64,000 bases of DNA, from positions 26,012 through 90,011 of the forward strand of contig CAYUSU010000001.1 of the NCBI GenBank assembly GCA_964447525.1, in the 5' to 3' direction. The notes below the pieces were generated by a model. It worked only from the letters and a program-made list of their open reading frames with translations, did no database searches and was not told the origin of the DNA. The stretch is from an uncultured archaeon. GTDB taxonomy: Archaea > Aenigmatarchaeota > Aenigmatarchaeia > QMZP01 > QMZT01. Position 1 is the stretch's first letter, and the number at the start of each line of letters is the position of its first letter. Positions 37,278 to 47,063 of this stretch are shown here, piece by piece. A program made the translations under genes and the position numbers.

Positions 37278-38987
37278 ATGAAAAAAGAGATAATGGAAGA
37301 GTTGTCAACAAAGACAGATGATCACGAGTTCTATTTTTCTGCACCGAAAGGATACACTCCGGGTAAAACAAAATATGTTATAATAACCGGATCCGTCATT
37401 TCCGGTGTTGGGAAGGGGACTTTCTCATCATGCATAGGGAACATACTGAGTCTTTTTCATGGCTATAAAGTATCTCCGATAAAGTTCGATGGTTATCTCA
37501 ACTGTGATGCTGGAACCCTTAATCCTTTCAGGCATGGTGAGGTTTTCGTTCTGGATGACGGTACGGAATGTGATCTTGATCTAGGGTCTTATGAGAGGAT
37601 GATAAACGAGAATCTTTCCAAGGACAATTACCTCACATCCGGAAAGATATTCAAGATGATAATAGACAAGGAGAGGGAAGGTGGTTATCTGGGTAGGGAT
37701 GTCCAGTTTATACCTCATGTCACCGGAGAGATTAAGGGGTTTCTGAGAAGTCTCGCGGTGAAAAGCGAAGCTGACATAGTTCTTGTCGAGGTTGGAGGGA
37801 CTGTGGGTGATCTGGAAAATTCATATTTCATAGAAGCAATGAGAGAGCTTTCTTACGAGGAAGGGAGAGAGAACGTTTTTTTCATAAACGTTACATACAT
37901 ACTTGAACCTCGTTCCTTAGGGGAGCACAAGAGCAAAGCAGCCCAGCTTGGTATAAAGAACTTGATGAGTCTCGGTGTACAACCAAACATGGTTATATGC
38001 AGGAGCGAAAAACCGGTTAATCAGAAAGTGCGGGAAAAAATAAGTATATATTCAAACGTCCCGGTTTCCCGTGTGGTCAATTGCTATGATGTGGAGAACA
38101 TATACAAGATCCCGGTTTTCCTCATGGATAACGGTGTAGATAAAGAGATAATAAGATGTCTTGGAATGAAAAATAATTCTGACATAAACCGCGACAATTT
38201 CGGAAAGTGGAGTCAGCTCATTAAAAAGATAGAAATGAAAGACAAGGAAATCACCGTTGGTATGATTGGTAAATATACGAACGTTCATGATTCTTATCTT
38301 AGCATACTGAATGCCTTGGAACATACCAGTCCTTATGTTGGAGCGAAGGTTAACGTCAAATGGATAGAGACGACTGAGATAGAAAAAGGAAAAAAGAAGA
38401 TGGAAGACGCAATGAAAGGACTGGACGGTATCATAATTCCAGGGGGTTTCGGAAAGAGAGGAATCGAAGGAAAGATAATGTTCGCTAAATATGCGAGAGA
38501 GAACAATATTCCGTATCTCGGTTTGTGTCTGGGATTCCAGATCGCGCTTCTGGATTTCGCGAGAAACGTCTGCGGTATAACGGACGCCAACTCGACGGAA
38601 ATGGACCCGAACACAAAATCTCCGGTCGTAGACATACTCCCTGAACAGAAAAAAATAGAGGGTCTCGGAGGGAACATGAGGCTCGGCGGAAAGGATGTTG
38701 AGGTAAAGAAGGGAACCCTTGCTCATAAACTTTACGGCAAGGATATAGTAAGAAAAAGATTCCGTCACCGATTCGAATGTAACCCAAAATATATAGAAAC
38801 ATTCGAAAAGAACGGTCTAGTTTTCTCCGGTAAACACCCGAAATATCCTATAATGCAAATACTGGAGATCCCGAAACATCCGTTCTTCGTCGCAACTCAA
38901 TACCATGCGGAATTCACATCAAAGCCGCTTGAACCAGAACCACTGTTCCTTGGATTCCTGGAAGCATGTGTGAAAGAAAAGAAATAA
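37278..38987 (+). CDS. pyrG: CTP synthase
   Basis: N-terminal synthetase domain (KYVIITGSVISGVGKGT) and C-terminal class I glutamine amidotransferase domain (GLCLGFQ, HAEF); 569 aa. Confidence 0.95.
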   Translation: MKKEIMEELSTKTDDHEFYFSAPKGYTPGKTKYVIITGSVISGVGKGTFSSCIGNILSLFHGYKVSPIKFDGYLNCDAGTLNPFRHGEVFVLDDGTECDLDLGSYERMINENLSKDNYLTSGKIFKMIIDKEREGGYLGRDVQFIPHVTGEIKGFLRSLAVKSEADIVLVEVGGTVGDLENSYFIEAMRELSYEEGRENVFFINVTYILEPRSLGEHKSKAAQLGIKNLMSLGVQPNMVICRSEKPVNQKVREKISIYSNVPVSRVVNCYDVENIYKIPVFLMDNGVDKEIIRCLGMKNNSDINRDNFGKWSQLIKKIEMKDKEITVGMIGKYTNVHDSYLSILNALEHTSPYVGAKVNVKWIETTEIEKGKKKMEDAMKGLDGIIIPGGFGKRGIEGKIMFAKYARENNIPYLGLCLGFQIALLDFARNVCGITDANSTEMDPNTKSPVVDILPEQKKIEGLGGNMRLGGKDVEVKKGTLAHKLYGKDIVRKRFRHRFECNPKYIETFEKNGLVFSGKHPKYPIMQILEIPKHPFFVATQYHAEFTSKPLEPEPLFLGFLEACVKEKK

Positions 38988-38994
38988 TTTTTAT

Positions 38995-41592
38995 TTATTT
39001 TTTTGTCGCAAATCCGTAAAATACCATCACTGAGAATACCATGATCAATGCGATTCCCAGCATGTTAATCCCCGGGAATTCTGACGGAAGGGAAACGTCT
39101 ATGTTTATAATGTGGGTATCTTCCGGTACGGGTGGATTTTCTCCCGTGAGCCGTAGTCGATAAGGTTCTCCTTGGTTTATGTTCGCTCCCGCTATTTCCA
39201 CACTAATTGTCCTTTCTTCCTGACGGTTAAAAGTGGAGGTCCATTCTTGACCATAACCCAGCGTCTGGCCGTCAACGAGGAATTTGGCATATTGACCGAA
39301 CCCTCCTCCAAGCGAAACCGTTATCTGGGAATCCTGATTCAGTATGTTTCTTACCTTGACCGGAATGACGTAATGCGTTCCTATGGGAAGGTAAAGGTCA
39401 CCTGACTGGAATTCAGCGATAGGATGCTCGTAAAAGTATACGGTCCAGTATGCGTTAGGAGCCCCGGGCGGGCTGTATTCAAAGTTGTTCGGATCAGTCG
39501 ATTCAACGGAGTGTACCCAGAAATTCAGTTCCTTGTCTTGGCCTTGCGGATCTAATGTTATGTTGCAATACTGGCCAATTGTCAGGGAAGGAGGACATAC
39601 TCGTTGTTGCCATACCAGCCCCTGATTAGGACCTGTCAATGAATAATTAATAACAATATTAATTCCATATGGGTGTTTGCTTCTTACACTCAGATTTACA
39701 GGAGAATTTGCGGAAGTCACCCCCCCGCTTATCGGCACCTCTCCGTATTCGGTGAACACGCGCACGTCCGCGTATTTGGGGAAGAACACGGTCGTGCTCA
39801 CGTCTTCCAGATTACCCTTGTTTTCCTCGTTCCCTAACATGTCTCTGGATATCGTGCGGAAATAGAATGTATACATATCAACATCCTCCGGATTGGTCAT
39901 TCCCGCTAGGACAACAAGGTTTATATCATCATGCGATGTCGCTGAAGTGCATGTTCCAAGATCAGTCCACCCAACTACCTGCACGTCTTCTTCGTCAGTC
40001 ACCATGTACTGCAGGGTGTAGCAATCCACACCTATACCATCCGTTCCGTCATCGAGTTTCTGGTCATCCCCTTCCCACGCTAGATTATCAATCATCGTCT
40101 CCTCATAAAGATATTCTCTAAGTGGTGTTGTAATTGACGAAATTGGAGGAAGATCATCCACGACCACCCAGTCGCTTGCGTTCCTCGAAATGTCTTCTAC
40201 GGATACGTTGAAATGGACCGTGTGGTTGCCGTTTTGGACCGGAAGATTCCAGTCCGGTCTGGACCCTGTTAAGCATGGTTCCGAAGCCCACGCATCGCTA
40301 TCATTTTTCAGATAACATGTTTCGGTGAAGTCTGCTATATTGGTATATACAAGGTCAAGATTTACCGTGTAATCTTTAACATAATTAGGTAGTGTGTCCT
40401 GTATGTCAATGGTCGTTAAAAGCGTGGTCAGTGTGATGGTCCTGTTTGACGTGTTCACCTTCGTGTTCACATCGTCTTCCACGAAAACCGTGTAATTGTA
40501 GACAGCGAAAGGATTATTTGCGAGACCCGTAATTTCAGTGAAATAAAAGTTGTTATTCACGTCTATATTCCCGCCAAAAGAGAGCGTATGTCTCTTCTCG
40601 TCCGTTCCGTTCTGAAGGATTGCGTATACATCCTGTATAGCGAAAGATTTGTTGTAGACAGTCACGTTTATGAATAAACTGTTACCCATTGCAATCTGAT
40701 TGTTCGGAGGGGTGGGGTCTTCAAATGTCACGAGAAGGTCGGATACGATGGTGACCGATATTTCTCCGGTTTTCTTCTCCTGGCTTATGGTGTTATTTGC
40801 ATAAACCGTGAATGAATATGTACCACCCACCACCATTGAAGGCATTCCGGCTGCCGGGACGGTTATATGATAATAATAGGCATTCCCAATGTTGATACCG
40901 GGAGTAATGCTCTTGTTTATTTCTATCGGGTTTAGCGGGTCGCTTTTATCGATCCACCTGACCCATACCTTGTCAATCGGATGGGTGTCATTCACAACGC
41001 TTACGTTTATCACGAAGGCACTGGTTTCAATGTCCCCCCCGGGAGGGGTGGGGTCTTTAAAAGTAACGGTTCCGAATCCTATGGATTCGATCTTGCAACA
41101 TACCTTTGTATCGAAGGCTTCGCAGTTTCCCGCGTGTGCGTTTGTTGGTCCGCTTATCGAAGCCAGACAGGCGTCCCATCCATCGCAGTCATCCTCCTGA
41201 TAATCGCAGGATATATCACCATTACTTACGCTTATGTTAGCACCGACAGAATATCCAACCTCCGGTCCGTTTGTTTTTTCCACATGAGCATTTGTTTGAC
41301 CGGAAAGTTCAAGGAAGGTTACGTAATCATCAGCGTTGGTATTTCCCAGACTGTATGTATTGGAACCGCAGCAGAGCAAATTCGGATAATGCGGAGGATC
41401 AACTGAAGGGAGCTCTGCATGGCCTCCAGTATCCCGGGAAATTCTGAGCAGAATAACTTCCCCTTCCCCAGAACAGGTATCTTTAACCTCACATGTAAGG
41501 TCCGCCAAAACACCTGAAGAAACAGCTATGCTGGTGACCATGAAGGAAATAATCAAAATTATCATTGCCACTCTTGGGATATTGATATCCAT
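38995..41592 (-). CDS. 865-aa secreted surface glycoprotein with a Cys-rich N-domain, repeated beta-domains and a C-terminal TM anchor
   Basis: Sec signal peptide, duplicated SG(Q/P)TNAH motifs, two F(K/E)DPTPP-initiated domains, many N-x-S/T sequons, and a C-terminal hydrophobic helix plus KK. Confidence 0.7.
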   Translation of the reverse strand: MDINIPRVAMIILIISFMVTSIAVSSGVLADLTCEVKDTCSGEGEVILLRISRDTGGHAELPSVDPPHYPNLLCCGSNTYSLGNTNADDYVTFLELSGQTNAHVEKTNGPEVGYSVGANISVSNGDISCDYQEDDCDGWDACLASISGPTNAHAGNCEAFDTKVCCKIESIGFGTVTFKDPTPPGGDIETSAFVINVSVVNDTHPIDKVWVRWIDKSDPLNPIEINKSITPGINIGNAYYYHITVPAAGMPSMVVGGTYSFTVYANNTISQEKKTGEISVTIVSDLLVTFEDPTPPNNQIAMGNSLFINVTVYNKSFAIQDVYAILQNGTDEKRHTLSFGGNIDVNNNFYFTEITGLANNPFAVYNYTVFVEDDVNTKVNTSNRTITLTTLLTTIDIQDTLPNYVKDYTVNLDLVYTNIADFTETCYLKNDSDAWASEPCLTGSRPDWNLPVQNGNHTVHFNVSVEDISRNASDWVVVDDLPPISSITTPLREYLYEETMIDNLAWEGDDQKLDDGTDGIGVDCYTLQYMVTDEEDVQVVGWTDLGTCTSATSHDDINLVVLAGMTNPEDVDMYTFYFRTISRDMLGNEENKGNLEDVSTTVFFPKYADVRVFTEYGEVPISGGVTSANSPVNLSVRSKHPYGINIVINYSLTGPNQGLVWQQRVCPPSLTIGQYCNITLDPQGQDKELNFWVHSVESTDPNNFEYSPPGAPNAYWTVYFYEHPIAEFQSGDLYLPIGTHYVIPVKVRNILNQDSQITVSLGGGFGQYAKFLVDGQTLGYGQEWTSTFNRQEERTISVEIAGANINQGEPYRLRLTGENPPVPEDTHIINIDVSLPSEFPGINMLGIALIMVFSVMVFYGFATKK

Positions 41593-41674
41593 GTATAATT
41601 TTTACATTAATCTCACTTATATAGATTCATAAAATAACCGAAATTATATTAGGAAGCTTTCATAATCAATAAAT

Positions 41675-42190
41675 ATGGATAAGAAATCAAAGAACCTCAT
41701 GTTCGTGATTGTCGCCTTCGTCATAATAATTTTTATCGTTGCATTTTCTGTCGCCCAGTTCGGTTTAAACGGCATCACTCCCACCGGACAGTACACTGAT
41801 GGGAGCGATATTAACACGTTTGATGCTGCGGTATCAGGGAATGATATATCCCTTTGCGAAAGAATAAAGGACACGTCCATGAAACAGGCATGCACTGATA
41901 TTCTCAGCGTATCCGGGGAGCCCCCGACCGATGAACAGATTAACGATCAGAAATACTTTGATGACGCGATAACGAACAACGACATCTCCGGATGTGATAA
42001 AATAATTGATTCTTCCCTGAAACAGTCATGTAAAGACATGCTTTCGGTGCATGCGGAAGAACCCACGGAGGAGCAGAGGATGGACATACAGTATTTTGAC
42101 CAAGCCATTTCGCAGTCAGATTCTTCGTTCTGCGTTAAGATTACGGACGCCTCCCTGAAACAGGCATGCAATGATCTGCTTGGCGGATAG
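41675..42190 (+). CDS. membrane-anchored protein with three ~45-aa Cys-pair repeats
   Basis: N-terminal TM anchor, then 3 repeats of the pattern NDIS-C-..I.D.S(M/L)KQ(A/S)C.D(I/M)LSV...EPT(D/E)EQ...QYFD.AI. Confidence 0.6.
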   Translation: MDKKSKNLMFVIVAFVIIIFIVAFSVAQFGLNGITPTGQYTDGSDINTFDAAVSGNDISLCERIKDTSMKQACTDILSVSGEPPTDEQINDQKYFDDAITNNDISGCDKIIDSSLKQSCKDMLSVHAEEPTEEQRMDIQYFDQAISQSDSSFCVKITDASLKQACNDLLGG

Positions 42191-42258
42191 ATTTTATATT
42201 ATTTTCTTATCTGGTCAGTTTTTTCCTTCTGAAATGTTATTATATGAGATAGCACATA

Positions 42259-42286
42259 ATTATTAATAATCATCATTAATGATGAT
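42259..42286 (+). promoter_or_regulatory. two adjacent AT-rich palindromes (ATTATTAATAAT and ATCATCATTAATGATGAT) just upstream of the TATA-like TGTGTATATTTTTT and the wHTH regulator gene
   Basis: Perfect 12-bp and 18-bp palindromes at 42259..42270 and 42269..42286; TATA-like element at 42293..42304; ATG at 42313. Confidence 0.45.
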
Positions 42287-42312
42287 CAATTGTGTATATT
42301 TTTTGGGGTTGA

Positions 42313-42540
42313 ATGGGTAAGAAAAATCATAAAACATCGGAGAAGATATTGAAAATTCTGGTCAAACACGGATACGGCCTGACGATAGAGGAAGTATCCA
42401 ATTTTCTGAAAATAAACCGTTCTACAGCGTCCAAATATCTGGCCATTCTGGAGGCAAAGGAGCGAGTTCTTATACGCGAGGTCGGGAAGGCAAAGCTCCA
42501 CTACATAAAAAGCAGGGAGATGGAAAAATGTCTGAAATGA
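42313..42540 (+). CDS. small winged-helix transcriptional regulator (75 aa)
   Basis: The HTH-like LTIEEVSNFLKINRSTASKYLAILEAKERVL; its stop overlaps the start of the giant LamG gene (ATGA). Confidence 0.6.
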   Translation: MGKKNHKTSEKILKILVKHGYGLTIEEVSNFLKINRSTASKYLAILEAKERVLIREVGKAKLHYIKSREMEKCLK

Positions 42541-45500
42541 AATCCCAGTTCTCTTTCGGCGACAAGACCCAGATAAGTGCAATGTTTGTATTTTTGGTAT
42601 TAACGCTCGTCTTGATTTCATATGTTGTCATAAGTGCGGGCAACATAATCGTTACATTGGTAGCGCCACAGAACGAATCTACGGATGATGATGGTATCAT
42701 TGAATTCATTTCTAACTTGACCGATGATTTTGAGATTGTTAATGCCACTCTCTACACCAACATCTCCGGCTGGGCGGCAGAAGAGACCAGGTGGAACGGG
42801 GAGATACCCTACAACGACACGGGGCTCGTCCTCCTCCTGCATTTAAACAACGAATCGGCCTTCGGGGAGAACGATACCCACGTCTACGACTGGTCAGGGA
42901 ACGGGAACAACGGCACTTTCCAGGGAAACCCTGAATATAACGCTTCAGGCGTCTTCGGGGGCATGCTGGAATTATCGGGATCCGGAGATTATATCATGAT
43001 ACCAAACGGAATGAATACGCTGATGAACAATCTTTACAACTGGACCCTGCAGATGTGGATATATCCGACATCCGATGAAAGAAATCTCCTGGGAACCAGT
43101 GCAGGAGGTGAGTTCTGGATATGGGTCGGTGATAACTATGACATAGGATTCGACCAATACTTTGGAATGGATCCCAGCTACGTTGAAAACGTATCAAGCA
43201 CACCTGACTATGCGGTCCAGCCCGACCAGTGGAATCACCTTATAATAACCAGAAACGTAACGGATTTCAGGATATACAGGGACGGGCAGTTCTTTGCCAA
43301 TCTAACGTCGACCGAAACGAAAAACGGCAACTACGGGACCGACATGCAGATAGGAAGGTATGATTCGTCCAGCAGCAATGACTTTCAGGGATACATGGAC
43401 GAGGTAGCGATCTGGAACCGGACACTATCTTCTTCCGAGATTCAGGATTTATACAGCTATACCAAGACCAGCTTCTACCCCGTCTTCCAGAACAAGACGG
43501 TGAACGAAGGTTCATATGTGTGGAATGTGCTGGCTTTCGATAACGACAGCAGTTCAGATTGGTCAGAATCCAATTATACTTTCACCTACGATTCCTCCGG
43601 TCCGACAATACAACTTCCGTTTTACACCAACGCAACCAAGAAAAACAGTTCGGATTCTCTCACCCTCAACATGTCCGTCTCGGATTCTCTCACCCAGCCG
43701 GACACATGCCTTGTATACGTGGCGGGACAGTCCTCCAACCAGACCCTTTCGTATTCGAACGGCTGGTGCAACGGCTCAATCTCGCTTATGGATTCCAATC
43801 CGGGAAACTCCACCATCTATACTTACGCAAACGATACCCTCAACAACTGGGGACTGAACGATTCGTATGTGGTCTGGATTGCTGGCGCTCCTGTCACACC
43901 TACCCCAGAAATAAACTCCACCGACGGAACCAACCATTCTTCCCAGGACCTGAACTGCTTCGACACGATAACGGATCCTGATAGCGACAACCTTAACGTG
44001 ACGGTTCACTGGCACATGAACGGCGTCTTTAACGTGAGTTACGATTACAACGACAGCTATTCCAGCGGATACGACTTCGTTTCAACCCTCGGATCGGGAA
44101 ATACCTCAGTCGGACAGAGATGGAGCTGTTCTTTGAGATTATTCGACGGCAAAAATTATTCCAACTGGGGTAACTCCAGTAACCTGACCATAATATCAGA
44201 ATCGGATAACTTGATTGTTGTTTCCCTCACCAGCCCGGATGACGATTCCACTGGTACTGACGGAATAATCACCTTCATCTCCAATGTAACCGATGATAAC
44301 GAGGTAATCAATGCTACTTTGTACACAAACATATCAGGTCCATGGACAGCCGAGGAAACCCGTTGGAACGGGGAGATACCCTACAACGATACGGGGCTCG
44401 TCCTCCTCCTGCATTTAAACAACGAATCGGACTTCGGGGAGAACGATGGTCTTTTTTACGACTGGAGCGGAAACGGAAACAATGCTACAGGCACTGATAT
44501 GAACTACTCCGCAGGCAAGTTCGGATTTGGGCTTTACGGCGAAGGCGGTGATGACGGTACTAAGGATTTCCCTGTTGTTACCCAGACAGCCAGCCTTAAC
44601 GTGACCAATCTTACGATCATGGTCTGGGTTAAGATGAACTCTCTTAGCAAAGATAATTCATTAGTTGCGAACGACTGGTGGGGTCAGGGTGATGGCTATG
44701 GTTTATATTGGGATGCCGCTGATGAGGATTTTATATGGGACCCCAGAAACGGCACAATGTATTGCGGAGCCCTCTTGAGCGATTCTGTTTCCGTCCAGGA
44801 AGGAACATGGTACCATGTTGCAGTCACCCACAACAGGACCTCTGCCAGGATATACCTCAACGGAACAGAAGTGGGAAGCTACGACGACTATGATTGCATT
44901 ATCGGGTATGACGACTCTGACACATACATTGCAAGCTATAACAACTGGAACAGTTATCTTAACGGCTCAATAGACGAGGTGGCGATATTCAACCGGACGC
45001 TTTCCCAGTCCGAGATCCAGGACATATACAACTACACGAAAACAATTTTCTACCCCGTCTTCCAGAACAAGACGGTGAACGAAGGTTCATATGTGTGGAA
45101 TGTGCTGGCTTTCGATAACGACAGCAGTTCAGATTGGTCAGAATCCAATTATACTTTCACCTACGATTCCTCCGGTCCGACAATACAACTTCCGTTTTAC
45201 ACCAACGCAACCAAGAAAAGCGGCATGGATCCCCTCACACTTAACGTCTCTGTCTCGGATTCCATCACCCAGCCGGACACATGTTTAGTATATGTCTCAG
45301 GACAGTCTTCGAATCAGACTTTATCTTATTCCTCTGGTTGGTGTAATGGTTCGATTTCTCTTACGGATTCCAACCCCGGAAACTCAACCATATATGCCTA
45401 TGCCAATGACTCCGCCAACAACTGGGGACTTAACGATTCGTATGTGGTATGGATTGACAATACAGGGGAGAATTCTTGGCTGGAAGTAGAATTGATTACT

Positions 45501-46259
45501 CCGTTGGAAGGACTTAACGTTCCGCAGAACACGACCTTTACAGTTAATGCTACGGTGTATTGCAGAAACGAAACCTGCGGCAATATCACCGGAACGGTTA
45601 GATATAATGAATCATCGGCAAACCCTGATACTATCATAAGCACTACATCTGGGGACAATCCATTTTACATCATCAGCGAAGATAATCCGCAGAACTGTTC
45701 AACCAACCCTCTGGAGGAGGATGAGTATTGTAACATAACATGGACAGTTAATGCGACTGGAACCATAGGTTCAAACTACGAGATAGGTGTATTGTTCCAA
45801 TCCAACTACACGGGTGTGAGTGTAAATTATACCGGAAACAATACGGTCGAGATAGCTGACTGTTTTATAGACATTAGTCTTTATTGGAGTGCCGTGTCAT
45901 TCGGTTCATTGATCCCAGGTGAAAGAGGAAACGCTTCCGGTAATGATAATGACGAATATAACATTACGATAGAATCCACCACCTCCTGTAACATAGATTT
46001 GTACATTAACGGGACTGATATTGAAAATACGAGCCTCGGATATACCATAGGAGTGGGAAACGTGTCATGGAACAACGTTTCTAATGATTATGCATCTTCA
46101 TACTCTTTGAGCAATTCTTGGAATCCTGTAAAGAAAGTAGTTCCGCCATCCACGAACACGACTACATGGTATTGGCTGGATATGCCATGCTGCATAGCAT
46201 CCGGTTTCTATGAAGGATCGGTAGAAATAATGGGAATAAAGACCGGGGAGAGTCCTTAG
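42537..46259 (+). CDS. giant (~1240 aa) surface glycoprotein with two LamG/concanavalin-A-like lectin modules arranged as a ~1.6 kb tandem duplication
   Basis: Each LamG_3-like module ends with DEVAIWNRTLSSSEIQDLY or DEVAIFNRTLSQSEIQDIY, followed by a repeated YPVFQNKTVNEGSYVWNVLAFDND... domain. N-terminal signal/TM. More than 60 N-x-S/T sequons. The start is probably at 42537 (the track gives 42528). Confidence 0.8.
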   Translation: MKSQFSFGDKTQISAMFVFLVLTLVLISYVVISAGNIIVTLVAPQNESTDDDGIIEFISNLTDDFEIVNATLYTNISGWAAEETRWNGEIPYNDTGLVLLLHLNNESAFGENDTHVYDWSGNGNNGTFQGNPEYNASGVFGGMLELSGSGDYIMIPNGMNTLMNNLYNWTLQMWIYPTSDERNLLGTSAGGEFWIWVGDNYDIGFDQYFGMDPSYVENVSSTPDYAVQPDQWNHLIITRNVTDFRIYRDGQFFANLTSTETKNGNYGTDMQIGRYDSSSSNDFQGYMDEVAIWNRTLSSSEIQDLYSYTKTSFYPVFQNKTVNEGSYVWNVLAFDNDSSSDWSESNYTFTYDSSGPTIQLPFYTNATKKNSSDSLTLNMSVSDSLTQPDTCLVYVAGQSSNQTLSYSNGWCNGSISLMDSNPGNSTIYTYANDTLNNWGLNDSYVVWIAGAPVTPTPEINSTDGTNHSSQDLNCFDTITDPDSDNLNVTVHWHMNGVFNVSYDYNDSYSSGYDFVSTLGSGNTSVGQRWSCSLRLFDGKNYSNWGNSSNLTIISESDNLIVVSLTSPDDDSTGTDGIITFISNVTDDNEVINATLYTNISGPWTAEETRWNGEIPYNDTGLVLLLHLNNESDFGENDGLFYDWSGNGNNATGTDMNYSAGKFGFGLYGEGGDDGTKDFPVVTQTASLNVTNLTIMVWVKMNSLSKDNSLVANDWWGQGDGYGLYWDAADEDFIWDPRNGTMYCGALLSDSVSVQEGTWYHVAVTHNRTSARIYLNGTEVGSYDDYDCIIGYDDSDTYIASYNNWNSYLNGSIDEVAIFNRTLSQSEIQDIYNYTKTIFYPVFQNKTVNEGSYVWNVLAFDNDSSSDWSESNYTFTYDSSGPTIQLPFYTNATKKSGMDPLTLNVSVSDSITQPDTCLVYVSGQSSNQTLSYSSGWCNGSISLTDSNPGNSTIYAYANDSANNWGLNDSYVVWIDNTGENSWLEVELITPLEGLNVPQNTTFTVNATVYCRNETCGNITGTVRYNESSANPDTIISTTSGDNPFYIISEDNPQNCSTNPLEEDEYCNITWTVNATGTIGSNYEIGVLFQSNYTGVSVNYTGNNTVEIADCFIDISLYWSAVSFGSLIPGERGNASGNDNDEYNITIESTTSCNIDLYINGTDIENTSLGYTIGVGNVSWNNVSNDYASSYSLSNSWNPVKKVVPPSTNTTTWYWLDMPCCIASGFYEGSVEIMGIKTGESP
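42650..45480 (+). repeat. ~1.6-kb intragenic tandem duplication (LamG module plus following domain) with patches of perfect identity (43473..43644 = 45048..45219)
   Basis: The protein repeats align over ~500 aa. Nucleotide patches of 172 bp and ~90 bp are identical between otherwise diverged copies. Confidence 0.8.
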
Positions 46260-46268
46260 GGTGTAAAT

Positions 46269-47063
46269 ATGAAAATAAACACAAAAAAATTAATCACTTT
46301 GGTTTTCCTAGTGGTTGTTTTAAATATGATTATCACAACTTCTGCGGAGGCGAAGATATCACTCGGTTCTGTCACCGGGATGAATCATGCAGAAGTTGAA
46401 CCTGGGGATTCAGTGGAATTAAAAATCCTTCTGTTCAACATACACGAGAGTTCAACAATGATTGTGGATTTGAATGTAGAAAGCAAACCTGACGGATGGA
46501 ATGTTCGGATAGAACCGGAGAGGATAGAGTTGCCTTATACGATACCGTCCAAATATGTCGATCAGGAATCCGGTTATGAATATCTCAGCGTCCCTAATAC
46601 CGGTGAAATGATAAAAGTGATGCCCGTCGTCGCAAGTGTGAATGTCCCGTCGAATGCGGTACCCGGGGAATATTTTGTAAATATTGTGGCTTCTGCGAGA
46701 AAAACTGGAGGAGTGTTATCGGCAGCTCAGCGCAGGAATTTTGATTTCACTGTCAGGATTTTGGATGAATCTTACGACCATCAGACCAAGGCAAAAAGCA
46801 ATAATATACCCATGGGAGGCCTTTATTCCGATCCAGAGACGGAAAAGACAAATAAATTGGTTGGTGATGAAATAATAAACAAGACAGAAGAAAAACCAGA
46901 TGAAAATGTTACTAATATAATTAAAACCGATACGGAAGAGCGACCGGATCCTGAGCCTTTGTCTGGGATAACTGGAATGATGATTTCAAGCAGTTCGGTT
47001 GTTGCTGTATTCATGTGGTTGGTGGTAATAATAGTTATTATAAAGGTGAGGAGATCCAGATGA
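46269..47063 (+). CDS. secreted protein with a C-terminal TM anchor (S-layer/NEW3-like beta domain)
   Basis: Signal peptide MKINTKKLITLVFLVVVLNMIITTSAEA; C-terminal TM plus KVRRSR. Confidence 0.6.
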   Translation: MKINTKKLITLVFLVVVLNMIITTSAEAKISLGSVTGMNHAEVEPGDSVELKILLFNIHESSTMIVDLNVESKPDGWNVRIEPERIELPYTIPSKYVDQESGYEYLSVPNTGEMIKVMPVVASVNVPSNAVPGEYFVNIVASARKTGGVLSAAQRRNFDFTVRILDESYDHQTKAKSNNIPMGGLYSDPETEKTNKLVGDEIINKTEEKPDENVTNIIKTDTEERPDPEPLSGITGMMISSSSVVAVFMWLVVIIVIIKVRRSR

